From NCBI GenBank assembly GCA_040437565.1, contig JBDOQK010000002.1, positions 248,001 through 312,000 of the forward strand: DNA of 64,000 bases, given 5' to 3'. The translations under genes were made by a program, and so were the position numbers. Shown here piece after piece: positions 36,544-50,129 of the stretch (positions within the stretch are counted from its first letter, which is position 1; each line of letters begins with the position of its first letter). The notes under the pieces were generated by a model, which saw only the letters and a program-made list of their open reading frames with translations, had not been told where the DNA came from and searched no databases. This stretch comes from Albugo candida. Taxonomy: Eukaryota.

Positions 36544-38599
36544 TTTGACAAAGACGAACAGATAATTAGACCAATCCGTGCCTGTGTTTAATTAGCGATG
36601 CTGACTTGATCAAAAATCTAATAACCAATCATGAAGAAGCTATTCAGCAAGACGATATTCAGTTTTAGACTGTGTGGAACTGGCTATCAAAGACTTGATG
36701 TATGTTGCTGTAGGCAAACTCAATTACAGATAAGAGGCACTGCTTCTTGACATGTATTACCTAATGCACGATAGAGAGCAAAGGCGAACTAAGAGCGCCC
36801 CATATTGAACGTCTTACTAATAGCCCGCAGTAACAGCCTGGTCATCATCGGGTTTAGGGAGGATAGAAGTGCTAAATTAGTAAACATCAAGAGACGTTAG
36901 ACGATAGAAAGCAAACTTTTGGAGGCCTTTTGAAACATAAATACTCATCCGATACAGATACATATGTTGTCACGGGAATAATCGCGAGTTATCCATCAAC
37001 AACGAGTTTCTGCATTCATGGGCATCTCAGAGGCTGACCGGGAGCGGCTAAACCCATTATTGAGAAAATCTAACTCTCGAAAAAACTTTTAAATGCTCCT
37101 AGTACAGCCACCAGCAAATTTTAGCTGGAGGAGCAGTCCGGCACTATCTTGCGAATTCAGCCTTCACGCGGTGCAGATTCAGATCAGCATCTATTATACA
37201 GACAAGCTTAGAAGACACGATTGTATCTTAAAGCTCTTTTAGGCGAGATGAAACTTATATTTTTGGAAATCGTTGGGTAAACACCAGCAGGTTTCGTGAT
37301 TCTGTAGCTGATATTGCATATCGTCTCTAGCGATCGAATCGTCGGCCGCCGATCATCACCTCTGACTATCCCAGAACTTCGCATGATCCACACCTTGTGC
37401 AAGGAAATGGAATCGATCGGCAAAACATGCTTGCTTGGCGCTTTTTTTTTTGCGCCGGCAATGATTGTTGCGGCTGGCAACGCCAGATGCAAACATCGTG
37501 GACTCAGTAAGATGGCTACATTCTGCCGATATGGGTAACATGAAAGTTGATGTGATGGTATTTGTCTACAAGCTCCGCACGATTTCGTGAAGGCGATCGT
37601 TTATTCTTACATAACTTAGCTTTTAAAGTTTTCTGTGATTGCGGAGGATAGCATAGGTTCTGTAGATTTCAATTAGTCTAAGTCGGGTGTTATCGGCAGC
37701 TTCCTGCATATGAATATATGCATCACTCACCCGGCGGAGAAAATCACGTCAAAGTAGAATAAGAATTTTCGGCAGTGGTATATAATCCTGAATAATGATT
37801 TTGACTTGGTAGAAGATAAAGCGGAAGATGTCAGACGAACCGCTACATGCTTCAAACCGGAAATTCACATGTTTTGCACCAGGTCACTTTTTGGATTTTC
37901 GTTCTATTGTCAAGCCGCAATCTTTCAAGTCAACCAACGGGACTACTCAATTCCTTTCTTCCGTCTGCAACACTTCCCATTACACAGACTTTTCTTAATG
38001 AAAGATGCGTGGAATTTTGCCAAGACCTCTTCTAAAGCTGCCTACGATTTAAAGAAACGGTTCATTCACGCAAGTAAAAGGAGAGACAAGATAGGCATAA
38101 TAACAACCAGTAATGGCGATCGAAAATGATCTAGACAATAATGATAAATTTGTACGTTGACGCCTGAGATATGACTGCTATAAAGACGCTCTGGTGACCA
38201 ATCCATTTTTGCACCTAAAATGCAGATGAATCGCATTGTTGCGTGGATTGGTCTTGCTTCTTGCAATCGACGTGAAGTATGTAGCACTTCATGACACGAA
38301 GTTTGTCTAAGTTGCGTACTTGCTAGTAAAAGCACTGGCACTGCTCATCTCACGTGAAGTCTTTCGGATGATAAGAGTTCTGACACTTCATCTCCGTGTC
38401 GATTGAGTTGGCGTATTTCGCTAGGTGATTGTTCAAGCGAGACATGGAGAAATATCAATTGTCAAGGCTCAATCTTGAAGCAATTTGTAGGAAACAAGAA
38501 ATGATACAGCAAACCCCTTGATTCTCTTGATATTCCTGGTCATATCACTTTAGTACGTATGATGATGGATGAGCGCGAGGCCTTCATCATGTGATGCTT

Positions 38600-41500
38600 C
38601 GAGTAGAATTATCGCTTCCTTGACAAGTGGGACAAGTGAATGTACTTCATTGGCTGTTCTTTCCAAGTCGGAAGCGGATCATGCCGTTTCTTGGAGAACT
38701 GAACTATTATATTAAGCATTAGTGGAACAGATGTAGGGGCAGGTATTGCGTCGTATAAATTCCTTTCGTGGTTGCCCATGACCTCAGCGAGTATGTAATC
38801 TATCACAGCATGTGGAAAGAGCCAATGATTCACCGTGATTTTGGACACGGATGCGATGACACGGGTATTGTAGCTGATCAACTGTCAGGAAATTGAAACG
38901 GTCGAGCAGCTTTTCACCTTTGGCGTTGACTACTACAGTCTGCTGGGATTTGAGTCAAATGAGCATTTTCTGGAACGTAATTAGATCTCTGCAATCGTGT
39001 CGAGGACATTATATTGTGCACTCAGGCTTCGTGTGGAGCACTAACAACACATCAACATTTTTGTCTCTATGTGAACATACGGCACAATTGTATCTCGAGC
39101 TACTTAGGACCTGAGATCAAGTTATCCTATGACTGACTTGAACCAATATGTGATGTGCGATTATACTTCTGTTGAGGTCGACAGGGAAGAATGTCGGGGA
39201 TTGTGTCTGAAAATTGGCTTGCAGAAGCGATCAACAACTCTTGGAATTCAGAACTTCCGTGATTCACCGCATACGCTCGGTAGCTTCCGATGACAGTGTT
39301 ACGATCGAGACAAACGCATCTTTCTGGATAGATTGCTGGATAGATTCGCAAAGCAAGATTTATTCGCTGATTCTTTCTTCGAAATCGAAGATATTTGCTG
39401 CGATTTAGGCATGGGAATAGCAGCGGCAAGTGCAGCTCATATTCTAGTCCTGATTGGATGGCGATGGTCCATCTCGTGTGGCGGTCATCAAAGCAAGAAT
39501 GATGTGTGAGGGCATTGATATCTTATTTTAAACCCGATACAATCCCGTGTTGTGGTGGGAAGAGCCAACGGCAATGAAATCAACTGCAATCCACATCACA
39601 ATTTGTCACAGGTGACGTATGAATCTTATTTATGCACGATACTATCCATTACAGCCTCGACATTCAGAGAAGCCAGTCAGACTAATTCTTTTTATTTCGC
39701 TGAACGTGATTGGCACGATGCCAAATTTCATAAAGAATTATCTCCCTACCCAGTAGCATTAAAGTCGAGTGCAAAAGACCAAATTTCTCCTTGAGTCCCT
39801 TTGATAGTTCTTCCTTCCTAATTGGACCTTGCACTTGACCTGGATGTTAAGTACGCTTAAATGGTTCTACCGGCCATTCCCGAAAACCTTCGACTTCAAT
39901 ATGCCTTTGCGCAGTAAAGGCCTTTGAAATACGTCGTCTAGCATCTTCGACGTATGCATGTAAAATGGATCTAATGATTCCCCTACCCATGAAGTGTCTT
40001 GTCTGGCCTTGTTCAAAGTAGCCAAATTGAGAAATTGATTGGTAGTCTTTCCATAATCTATCCACATGGCATTGCCTCTTTGCTCATATCCTCAGAGTCC
40101 GTAAGCAACACCCTTACTTCGAGCGATTGTGGGCTGTTTTTGAGGCTGCTACAGAATTATCCTATATACTCGCCAACGCTTCTGATTGCTGAAGTTTGCT
40201 TAAACAGATTATCCATTTGAGATAAAAGCTGTATCCTAGATGTTCCTTTTCGTCCCGACATCCACTCCATATCAGCATCTAAGGCAATTTTAGACTTATT
40301 CGGGATACGATGCTGACTGCAACACCCTCAGATGAAGGTTTAAGCGTTTTTCTGTATTCTTAAAATTTTCTGGTCGTCTGATACCCCATGCTCAATCAGT
40401 TGCTGACGACTGAGTTTGTCTGGCCAACTCGTGCATCACATAGCTGATGTCTCGACGAGTACATCGCGAATTCCGCTTGAGACAGGATTTTCGACTATTA
40501 GAATTTTGACTAGATTCATCTCCCGATTTTTCTAACTTGATCCTATCTCATGATGGTAGTCTTTTGCGAGAGAATCGGTGGGCTTGAGCCAAGCCTGTCT
40601 CGCGATCAGCGGGCAGATTGAGTATTCTTGATCCAGAGAGTACACTCTTCAAGAAGATGTCGTGCCCACAGCCTTGCTAATCGGTCCCAAATTATTGATA
40701 AAAAAGCTTGTAAATGTCGATTCGATTCTGGAACCCCTACAGATGTTACCAGGATATCGCCTATGAGAGACAATCCCTCAACTTCAATCCCGCTTGAGAC
40801 TTGGCCGTAAAGGAAAGATTAGTCAGGCCTCACCGATTGATGTTACCAGCACATCGCCTACAAAAATACTCCCAGGACTGTAAAACCATTTGAGGCTTGG
40901 CCGTGAAGGAACAATCGACCGGCGAGGTTTTTCTTGGATCTTGTATCTGTCAACTTTTCTGCAGCAATTGGCACATAGAAGTTTTTGCTGGTGCAATGCC
41001 ACTTGGTCTCCGTGGTACGTCGAGCTTTTCCAGCATGATCGTCGATATGTTCATTCTTCAATGACGCGTAATCCAACTTGGTGTCTATGCTTTGATGTAA
41101 GCGCNNNNNNNNNNNNNNNNNNNNNNNNNNNNNNNNNNNNNNNNNNNNNNNNNNNNNNNNNNNNNNNNNNNNNNNNNNNNNNNNNNNNNNNNNNNNNNNN
41201 NNNNATCTCATGATGGTAGTCTTTTGCGAGAGAATCGGTGGGCTTGAGCCAAGCCTGTCTCGCGATCAGCGGGCAGATTGAGTATTCTTGATCCAGAGAG
41301 TACACTCTTCAAGAAGATGTCGTGCCCACAGCCTTGCTAATCGGTCCCAAATTATTGATAAAAAAGCTTGTAAATGTCGATTCGATTCTGGAACCCCTAC
41401 AGATGTTACCAGGATATCGCCTATGAGAGACAATCCCTCAACTTCAATCCCGCTTGAGACTTGGCCGTAAAGGAAAGATTAGTCAGGCCTCACCGATTGA

Positions 41501-41950
41501 TGTTACCAGCACATCGCCTACAAAAATACTCCCAGGACTGTAAAACCATTTGAGGCTTGGCCGTGAAGGAACAATCGACCGGCGAGGTTTTTCTTGGATC
41601 TTGTATCTGTCAACTTTTCTGCAGCAATTGGCACATAGAAGTTTTTGCTGGTGCAATGCCACTTGGTCTCCGTGGTACGTCGAGCTTTTCCAGCATGATC
41701 GTCGATATGTTCATTCTTCAATGACGCGTAATCCAACTTGGTGTCTATGCTTTGATGTAAGCGCGCGGTACGTTGCAATGACTTGTTGGCATACCCCACG
41801 TCCTTGCCAGAGAGAAGTTTGGAAGCTCGCAATCTACGAGTCTAATATTGATGCGAAGGTCGTGCCGCAGTGTATTGAGACTTGTTCGTTACCATAGGCA
41901 TGCAATCTTTCCTGAAATTGTTCCAGGTCTACTTAGAAACACACTTGGTA
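38600..41950 (-). mobile_element. Highly degenerate retroelement remnant, probably Ty3/Gypsy; boundaries approximate
   Basis: Stop-riddled frames. EFQELL..FSDTIPDILPCRP (~39170-39250) resembles the Gypsy protease-RT linker. Confidence 0.35.
40742..40910. repeat. Diverged ~97-bp two-copy tandem repeat (also in the gap-flank duplicate 41402-41570)
   Basis: GATGTTACCAGgatATCGCCTA...TTGAGaCTTGGCCGTaAAGGA is repeated as GATGTTACCAGcacATCGCCTA...TTGAGgCTTGGCCGTgAAGGA. Confidence 0.6.
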
Positions 41951-42512
41951 TGCAAACCTTCGTTCTAATCGGTTCTCGGAAGTAGGGGCCATGTCTGATT
42001 TCCCTAAGGAAGTCTACTCCTATGCTCGCCGCCTTCTCCTATTCGACATGCTTATCTGACTCAATATACGCTCAGCCTTTTCCTATTCATCACCATAGAA
42101 ACATACGATCTCAAAAGCCATCTATTTTCTTGTTGTAATTGCGCGGAGCCACTACTAAAAAATTGACNNNNNNNNNNNNNNNNNNNNNNNNNNNNNNNNN
42201 NNNNNNNNNNNNNNNNNNNNNNNNNNNNNNNNNNNNNNNNNNNNNNNNNNNNNNNNNNNNNNNNNNNTTAGAAACACACTTGGTATGCAAACCTTCGTTC
42301 TAATCGGTTCTCGGAAGTAGGGGCCATGTCTGATTTCCCTAAGGAAGTCTACTCCTATGCTCGCCGCCTTCTCCTATTCGACATGCTTATCTGACTCAAT
42401 ATACGCTCAGCCTATTCCGTTTCATCACCTATACATACGATCTCAAAAGCCATCTATTATCTTGTAATTGCGCGGAGCTACTACTAAAAAACTGACAGTA
42501 GTTCACATTATT

Positions 42513-44387
42513 ATGTTACGTGCGCGTCACCGTTACAGAAGCTCTTCCTTCTGGCGACACAAACACATCCCTTATTGCTCTATTGAAACACCATCTACAC
42601 CGGACTCAGTACTGACTAGAGAGTTCATTTATGGTGCTTTATATGCCGAAAACTCCGGATACTTTGCCAAAAAAGGGCGGGACGTGCTGCGCTCCTTAGA
42701 CCATGCAATTGATTTCAACAATTTGTGGGGTGAATCAGAGTACAGACAAAAAATTGATCGGGAGTACAGAGTACGATGATCGTTTATAGTTTCTTCTATT
42801 TTCTCTCATCAATGGTTGGGCAGGCACAGTCTGAAGCCTGGATGACCCCGGTAGAGATATTCGCACCGTACTATTCCCACGCCCTCGCAAAGTATATTTT
42901 GCGCTTGCCTGACGTCGACGCAGAAAATCTTAGAATTGTTGAAGCAGGCGGTGGCTCGGGAACCAATGCACTACATATTTTGAATTATCTTCAGGTATTG
43001 CCACGGCGAAGTCGAGGTTCACGTTTTACTACGATTGGTTCTAGGTGCATGCACCCGAAATCTATCAGAAAACTTGCTATACGATTGTTGAAATCAGTCC
43101 TGTGATGGCAAGCTGGCAACATGAAAGATTGATAAAGCATCATGCTGGTCATTTCCAAATCANNNNNNNNNNNNNNNNNNNNNNNNNNNNNNNNNNNNNN
43201 NNNNNNNNNNNNNNNNNNNNNNNNNNNNNNNNNNNNNNNNNNNNNNNNNNNNNNNNNNNNNNGCGAAGTCGAGGTTCACGTTTTACTACGATTGGTTCTA
43301 GGTGCATGCACCCGAAATCTATCAGAAAACTTGCTATACGATTGTTGAAATCAGTCCTGTGATGGCAAGCTGGCAACATGAAAGATTGATAAAGCATCAT
43401 GCTGGTCATTTCCAAATCATGCATGCTGATATATTGACATTCGGGGATCAGTTCGCACCGATTATGGAACCTTGCATCCTTCTAGCATTGGAAGTGCTCG
43501 ATAATTTACCACATGACAAAGTAGGTTATGAAAATGGTGAATGGTTTGAGACAGTAGTCACTTGGAATCGGAAAAATACTCAGCGTAGTAGTGATTCCAT
43601 CACAAGTACACTAGCTGAAGCAGAGCGAAGCCTGCAAGATCCATTGATATTACAAACTCTCGAATACTTTGGATGTGATTTACCCCTGCATACGCATCAT
43701 TCTCTTCGTACCACAGCGGTTGGCTGGCTTCGAAAACTAATGGGAGAAGTTGGACTCGAAATGACCAAAGCTTTTGTGCCAACAGGCTCGATGCAACTAC
43801 TTAATACAATTAAATCATGCTTCCCAAAACATCGTCTCATTGCAGCTGACTTCGACTCACTTCCACCCCCAAATTTGGATTCTTCTTCGACAAAAATACC
43901 TCTTTATCATCCTCTGAGTCCGACCTCATTATCCGACGGCACACTCCATGCTGCAAATGCACCAATTGTCGCCTCTAAAGTGCAAGGTATATTACTCTCG
44001 GTCCACAAATGATTTTTTGACAAGCCATTTAAACCCCAGGGGAAACGGTCGATTATGACACGTATCTGATACAAAAAGGAGATGTGGACGTATTTTTTGC
44101 CACTGATTTCAATAGATTGAAGAATGCTTATTGCCGGATTATGGGGCGCCCATCTGACAGCGTATAATTTGATCGCTTAGGGGTATTCCATCACTCACAT
44201 ATCTCTGTATAGGTTTCCATTGTAAAGTCTTCTAGCTTTCTTAAAGAGTTTGCCGATATACGCAGGACTAAAACGATAACAAGGTATACCCATGATCAAA
44301 TTATGCATTGGTTGACTGAGAAGATATATGATTAGTTACAATCCCATTATTGAAGATTTTCTAAACACAAGCTTCTTGCTATCCTGA
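42513..44387 (+). CDS. NDUFAF7/MidA-family (DUF185) SAM-dependent methyltransferase, probably mitochondrial; multi-exon
   Basis: REFIYGALY...GYF, WMTPVEIFAPYYS, IVEAGGGSGT, IVEISP, LEVLDNLPHD and DVDVFFATDF motifs. Arg-rich N-terminus; ends YNPIIEDFLNTSFLLS*. Confidence 0.85.
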
Positions 44388-46458
44388 GATAAGGCAGAAA
44401 AGGATTATTGAGATATGACTAGCTGGCATCAGGGTATGCCACCTTTCTGCTTGCCCGAAAATCTTATTTCATTTTTATACTCAAGAATTGATCAAGTTGA
44501 TCTAAACCCATTCAGTTCACCATCTCAAACGCTGGGGCTTGAATAGCCATCACTGCCACGGTATGAAAAGTGAATTGGACGCGATTCGACGTGCGAAAGC
44601 TGATGTGGACGCGGGACTGCGGTAAATAGCGTAGCTAGTGATTTCACTATTGGGAGACGTCAAAAAGCATTACTATTATGCGCTCATTGTAACAAAATTA
44701 TTGCAACATAGTAGCTAGAGTGACAAGGATGCGTATAAAGTTTCCTCAACCTGTCTTCATTTCAATCACTAGTGAGGAACAAACATGCCAATGACAGATG
44801 TGATATATCTTCATATCGTTTTCAAACAGAAAAATGGATTGACTTCCGTCCAGAGATGACTTGACTGTATGATGTTCAAAATTCCAGAATATAAGAAATG
44901 GTGTGATTATAGGTGACTTTTTCACCCCCGCTTTATAAGTGATATTGGACACTCAGACCGTAAACTTCTTTCCACTCCAAATTTATTGTCTTAGGCTGAC
45001 AGGTGACCGCTGCCAGTAAGACATGACAATGTTTTGATTGAAGGCAACGACTCACCATAGCGTGCATCTTCAAAAGTCAGATGGTAGACGACACTGAACA
45101 CGTCAATTGAAATTTGACATGTAGATCGTATCCTTCGAAGCTAATTTTGCGCAGTCCCTACATCTCATGTTTCCGATAAAAGCATCATCCATTCCTCTCC
45201 ACCGACGACTTCTACTTCTCGCTCATGCGTTCCCTTTCTTTCGTCCACAACGATTGGAATCTAACATTAGTAAATTATTCGCTGCCAACTCCTCTGTTTT
45301 GCCTTAAATCTAGATTAATATCTATCGTCTTTGTGAGTGGTACGTTAGTGAAGAGCAGTAGATTCCGGCTACAGCGATAATATTTTGCTTGTTGTAGAAA
45401 TAAGGCGCCTTTTGGATCAGTCAAAACTCGCATAAGTAGACGGGAGGACGTAACGCCAAGTGTAAATTCTCTGCAAAGCACTGATATTACGATGATTACA
45501 CGTGAAAGCCTTCTTGAAATGCCACACTAAAATAAACAACAAAAACACATGCAGTCGTGGCTTGAAAAAAGCCACTAGCAAGTTGTGCGATTCATCATGA
45601 GACTCCGCTAGAACGCAATTCAACGATACTAGTGGTGTGCGTTGGCGTCATCGTATTTAAAGCAGGAAGTTCGGATAGAGATATGTCTTTGCGGCGAGTC
45701 GGATTGTTAAATAGTCTCCAAATTCGTTGGTGGTGCTCAAACTGCTCTCCATCATAGCAGGCAACTGAAATCACCTAAAATGGGCGCTGAACGTGGTATA
45801 GATTACATACGGCGAGACCGATAAGAGTAGAGAGTACTCAGCTGCGCACGATTACATAAAATGAAGTTTTCGCGCAACGAGTGTGTGTCACAGGTCCTCG
45901 ACAAAATGCTTCTCATGTACTTGGAGGTGAGGGATCGTAGCATACGCGATGTGAGACCATCGGGAGGAAGAGATTAGAAAGAAGCTCCTCATAAGCTTTC
46001 TGTTTTCCTGGTGAAGTCGAAGAACAGAGGGTGGTAGTTGCCGACTTCCTCACATTATTTTGAGTACATCCTGATGATTTCTGGATGGGCTTGTTGTAGA
46101 GAACAACACCTTGCTTGAGCTAGAAGACGCAAATGTGGCTCGCGATCGTAACAATGGATCACATTGGATTATGTGCAAGTCTTGATCGAATAGCTTACCG
46201 ATAAGTCCTAGGAATCGTGAGGTCTATTACTTGGTATTGATATCCCCACAACGCACTTTAAAATTACCATTTAATCTTGTTACTTTCACAACTTCTTTAA
46301 AATTTTTTCCTCCCTTTGCGCCATCCTGTCGATGCCATAGGAACCTCACAGAAATCATGTATATTTATGGGAGAGAACATCATAAATAGAAAAAAACTAA
46401 CAAGATGCTTGGATAATTTCAAGGGTGCTCAATTCGTACGTCAGGTGGCTTCGAAAAA

Positions 46459-49131
46459 ATGAGATATCATCAACTTCACTGTGCAAATAACGATGAATCG
46501 ACTATTCCAATCGAGTACAATGAGCCTTTGTCACCTTTATTACCCAAGTTATTAGGCATTAAGCACAAGTATGACAAGAACGTGGATAGTAAGGTCTCCG
46601 CACGAATCTCGTTAGTCCCTTGTACTCACTTACCCCAAATCGCGAATCTGAGTATACAGCCGGATAGGCATAGCAACCAGATTGAAAGTCAATTATCAGA
46701 AAAATCGGAAAATCTTTTTATATGGGAGCAAGAGAATCTAGAAGACAAGTACGATAAGAAAAAAGAAAGAATTTCACAAACAGCAGCCTCTGAGAGATCA
46801 GATAGGGGGAATGAGAAATGTAACTCTAAACAAGAAAAAGTAGCCGTCCGTCACGATGAAAAGCAAACTGAGTCTACCAAACACGTTCCGCATAATTCCG
46901 ATTCCAACCAGACACAGCTATTTCGAAAAGAAAAAAAATCACGTGAAAAAAAAAATCATGCTGGTCTTAATGCAAACGCGGTCGTCTCGAATACATCTCG
47001 CATCCAACAAAAACGAGCTCTTGGAGCACAGTGTTCAACACAGCAAGATCGTGATTTTGAAACTTGGAAGAAACGCAATGGTGTTTGCAAGGATCAAAAA
47101 GTATTCTGTGTTTCAGGTTGCTATCCGATTATCCGTCAGGAATTGGAGAAGCGAGGCTGGTTCTTTAATGAAGATAGAAGATCCTGTTTCTTCCATCTGA
47201 AGTGGTCGCTGAAGAGCGAAGAAATTAAAATGTCAACGCTACATAAACATCAATATGTAAATCACTTCTTACAAAACACGTCTCTTACAACTAAAGTCGG
47301 ATTGCTTCGGAATTTACGACATTTGGTATGGCATCAATCTGCGGAAGCGGATTCATTTTTTCCACAAGCATTTGATTTAAATGAGCCACAGGAAATGAAC
47401 GCATTCATTCAGCAGTTTCGTTATGTGAAGGCGGAAAGTATGTTGAAAAAGCTTGCAAAACTACTGATCTATGACAAGAATCACGCCTTCAATCTTGCTA
47501 TCGTGGATGTTATTTTGGCCATTGCTCGGAAACAACTTCGTCGTATTGCAAAAGATCAAGACGTATCCAAACAAATCTCAGATGATGTGATGTTAGAGGA
47601 GAGTATCGATCATCCTATCTGGATGGAGACCAATGACTTGGTGAGTGATTTGCAATGGGAGGTTTTGAACTCTGGAAAGCTGACGGAGGCTGGCAAATGT
47701 ATTGCTTTTTCAACACCTGGTACAGGTCGACCTGACAATGGGAATCATAATACAAGTGCTGGTGGGAACAGAACTAGCAGGGAGTTGCATCCTGCTGTGC
47801 GGCGAAAGATGAACAAAGAAGCGAAAATAAATAAACGATACAGAATGGAGGCATTGCAGTCCGAGAAAAAACGCATCGAGACTTTGTTCGAAAAGTTTAC
47901 TTGCCTTCACGAAAGTGTCCGGGAAGACATCATCACTCTTGCAATATCATTGGAGAAGAAGAATCCACAGTTTCATCTTAATGGGGGTGGAAATCTAGGA
48001 GACCCTCACTCTAATAGTGAAAATATTTGGATTATCAAGCCCGCAGGAATGTCCAGAGGCCGAGGTATTCGTGTCTTCAACGAGCTGGATGATATCTTTC
48101 AGTATACTGATATCGAAAATCATAAAGAATGTCAATGGATTGCTCAAAAGTATATGGAAAATCCGTTTTTGGTGTGTCGAAGAAAGTTTGATATTCGTCA
48201 GTGGGTGCTGGTAACTTGCTGGGATCCGCTAACAGTCTGGTTTAACAAAGATTGTTACCTTCGCTTCAGCTCAGAGGAATATCAAGTGCATGATCTGAGT
48301 GATCCGTACGTACATTTGACTAACAACTCAATCCAAAAACAAAGCGACAAGTTTCATGATATCTACACAACGGAGGATGGCAATATGGTTGTCGAAGGGA
48401 ACATGTGGCATTCAGACGACTTCATACAATATTTACAATCCAGGAGCGCGGCTACAAATGAACCGAATTGTCCACGCGAGAATATATGGGAAGAACAAAT
48501 ACAAGCTGGAATGAAGCGAATTGTTATATACTCATTGCAATGTGTTCAAGAGCAAATTCAGCATCGTCCAAATTCATTCGAACTATACGGATACGATTTC
48601 ATGCTCGACGATAGGCTGCATCCGTGGCTCATTGAAGTGAATAGCTCACCAGCTTGCGACTATAGCACACCAACTGCTCGGAGATACGTGGAGACAGGTT
48701 TGGCAGATATCATCAAAGTGATCGTTGATTACCGGCAATACGAGCAACATTCATCTACTGAAACCCGTACAACTTGCGAAAGGCCATCGACGGGATGCTG
48801 GGTTGTAATTCATAGGGCGGCTTTCGTTGGAAAGCCTTCTTCATCGTTTGGTGCTGACTTTCACATCCAAGGGAAAAAGCTCGTTAGAAAATCCAAATAC
48901 TCACATTTGAGTAAGCGAATAACACCTTCCATCAATGGAAAAAAATCATTGTGTGATAATTTTGCAACTGAAGACTCTGAAAAAATTTCTTTGTACGAAA
49001 CTTCGTCCGAAAAGAGCGATGAAGAGTCCGAAGATTCTGATATAAGTAACACCTCCAAGAGCGGTGACTCGGACATCCGCATCGATACTAGCGATAATAT
49101 CCTGTCCTCCAAGGAGCAAATGTTATTATGA
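46459..49131 (+). CDS. TTLL3: Tubulin glycylase, TTLL3/TTLL8-like
   Basis: VNHF..TTKVGL, WIIKPAGMSRGRGI, QKYMENP, KFDIRQWVLVT, HLTNNSIQK, FELYGYDFM and WLIEVNSSP. Single 890-aa ORF. Confidence 0.9.
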   Translation: MRYHQLHCANNDESTIPIEYNEPLSPLLPKLLGIKHKYDKNVDSKVSARISLVPCTHLPQIANLSIQPDRHSNQIESQLSEKSENLFIWEQENLEDKYDKKKERISQTAASERSDRGNEKCNSKQEKVAVRHDEKQTESTKHVPHNSDSNQTQLFRKEKKSREKKNHAGLNANAVVSNTSRIQQKRALGAQCSTQQDRDFETWKKRNGVCKDQKVFCVSGCYPIIRQELEKRGWFFNEDRRSCFFHLKWSLKSEEIKMSTLHKHQYVNHFLQNTSLTTKVGLLRNLRHLVWHQSAEADSFFPQAFDLNEPQEMNAFIQQFRYVKAESMLKKLAKLLIYDKNHAFNLAIVDVILAIARKQLRRIAKDQDVSKQISDDVMLEESIDHPIWMETNDLVSDLQWEVLNSGKLTEAGKCIAFSTPGTGRPDNGNHNTSAGGNRTSRELHPAVRRKMNKEAKINKRYRMEALQSEKKRIETLFEKFTCLHESVREDIITLAISLEKKNPQFHLNGGGNLGDPHSNSENIWIIKPAGMSRGRGIRVFNELDDIFQYTDIENHKECQWIAQKYMENPFLVCRRKFDIRQWVLVTCWDPLTVWFNKDCYLRFSSEEYQVHDLSDPYVHLTNNSIQKQSDKFHDIYTTEDGNMVVEGNMWHSDDFIQYLQSRSAATNEPNCPRENIWEEQIQAGMKRIVIYSLQCVQEQIQHRPNSFELYGYDFMLDDRLHPWLIEVNSSPACDYSTPTARRYVETGLADIIKVIVDYRQYEQHSSTETRTTCERPSTGCWVVIHRAAFVGKPSSSFGADFHIQGKKLVRKSKYSHLSKRITPSINGKKSLCDNFATEDSEKISLYETSSEKSDEESEDSDISNTSKSGDSDIRIDTSDNILSSKEQMLL

Positions 49132-50129
49132 TTGCAGGGGATGTTGCCTGACCATTTTTTGGATAATTACGTTGTGAGCAAAGACGAAGATTAGTGTATC
49201 TGCCAATGTTGACCCTACTCTCGTTCAAACTTATGTACAAAGCTGTAAGAAGTGTGATCCCCACGCGAACAGCCCAGCACTTTTATTGTCCCAACATTTG
49301 CGCGCTTCTTATAATATGGTAACGTCAGAACGATACTTGCGTGTTTTGAATCCCTTCCACGTAAGATTGACAGTTGACTAGGAGGATACCATGAAGCTAG
49401 CACTCTGCTGACACTTTATCGTAAATCCGGGTGGACTAGCGATGTGGATTCGATTCATTCAACACTTCTATTCATGCAATCAGCCTGCTTAATCAAGAAA
49501 TCAACTTGGAAGCCGTGTGATGGCAAGAGCGAACATTGTAGTTATGAGGTCGATGCATTTCTACCTGTTTTTCTTTGCTTATTTCGAAGAAAACATGTGG
49601 CATTGTGATCGAAATAGATCAATAGCGCGAAGAATACAAATCTGAAATGGTGTTGCTCGGCGCTTCCGCGTCTTATTTGCTAATATTTAGGGAGCCTGTG
49701 GATTTTATACCGCTTTTTTCAAAGATTAAGCCGGTATAGCCACNNNNNNNNNNNNNNNNNNNNNNNNNNNNNNNNNNNNNNNNNNNNNNNNNNNNNNNNN
49801 NNNNNNNNNNNNNNNNNNNNNNNNNNNNNNNNNNNNNNNNNNNCTGCTGACACTTTATCGTAAATCCGGGTGGACTAGCGATGTGGATTCGATTCATTCA
49901 ACACTTCTACTCATGCAATCAGCCTGCTTAATCAAGAAATCAACTTGGAAGCCGTGTGATGGCAAGAGCGAACATAGTAGTTATGAGGTCGATGCATTTC
50001 TACCTGTTTTTCTTTGCTTATTTCGATGAAAATATGTGGCATTGTGATCGAAATAGATCAAATAGCGCGAAGAATACAAATCTGAAATGGTGTTGCTCGG
50101 CGCTTCCGCGTCTTATTTGCTAATATTTA

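Noticed and set aside
44530-44720. tmRNA/tRNA-like GGGGC...ATTCGAC motif or a micro-gene (MKSELDAIRRAKADVDAGLR)
   Set aside because: No cloverleaf or matching 3' acceptor stem, and no convincing continued reading frame.
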